From the NCBI GenBank assembly GCA_032718475.1, contig JAUCBJ010005626.1, positions 27,387 through 91,386 of the forward strand: DNA of 64,000 nucleotides, read 5' to 3'. Made by a program: the position numbers and the translations under genes. Positions 63,644 to 64,000 of this stretch are shown here, piece by piece. Numbering within the stretch: position 1 is the stretch's first letter; each line of letters begins with the position of its first letter. This DNA comes from Nemertoderma westbladi (taxonomy: Eukaryota; Animalia; Xenacoelomorpha). The notes under the pieces were generated by a model. The model was not told the origin of the DNA, ran no database searches, and saw nothing but the letters and a program-made list of their open reading frames with translations.

Positions 63644-64000
63644 CTAGATGTAAATTGTCTTAATATTTAAATGAAAATGAAAAATTGTACAACCGGATAC
63701 GAAATGCGAAAAGGGTGGAAACTGGACACCTAAACAAAAACTGAAGTTACATTTTCCCTTGGAGAGAGGTTATTTTGATCAATCTCAAGTCACCTACAGT
63801 ACCTCCCAATCTGTAGCCTAAAAACGTCCCCATCCTCTATTTTGTATAGCCGCATGGAAAGAATTCTAATAATATTCTTCTGAAACATTCACCTTTTAAT
63901 TTAATTTTAATCGTGATGTATTTGTTTCGGAGTATTTCAGTACATAACATGCTGACTCATGGTTTTGCAGCCCTATACAAATATGTTACTAACCGTCTCA

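Overview
This is AT-rich, repeat-rich DNA from an invertebrate animal. The species cannot be named from the sequence alone. I assembled spliced gene models by hand from GT-AG sites and reading-frame continuity. (1) An ATRX/XNP-like SNF2 remodeller on + with 8 coding exons (2289-34500, about 903 aa). It has no ADD domain, and I could find only helicase motifs I-III in the window. (2) An intronless METTL21A nested antisense in ATRX intron 6. (3) A complete 7-exon gene on - (58291-35310) for a secreted, acidic protein with six ShKT domains. (4) The 3' half of a tandem ShKT paralog (63643-61957). (5) An intronless class-A GPCR between the two ShKT genes. Introns hold decayed LINEs (L2/CR1 group, RTE), Sola2-like, Academ-like, hAT and Tc1-type DNA elements, foldback palindromes and five different satellites. 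The most notable observations are: a Pol III tRNA-like head fused directly to an intact minimal hammerhead ribozyme inside a 400-bp partial-tandem plus inverted (Penelope/retrozyme-like) cassette at 55751-56386; further hammerhead-bearing foldbacks; a 35-bp satellite built from the 3' end of the neighbouring RTE LINE; and a 21-bp satellite made of about 100 copies of the GTAAGT splice-donor motif. All calls were made by eye, with no database searches.
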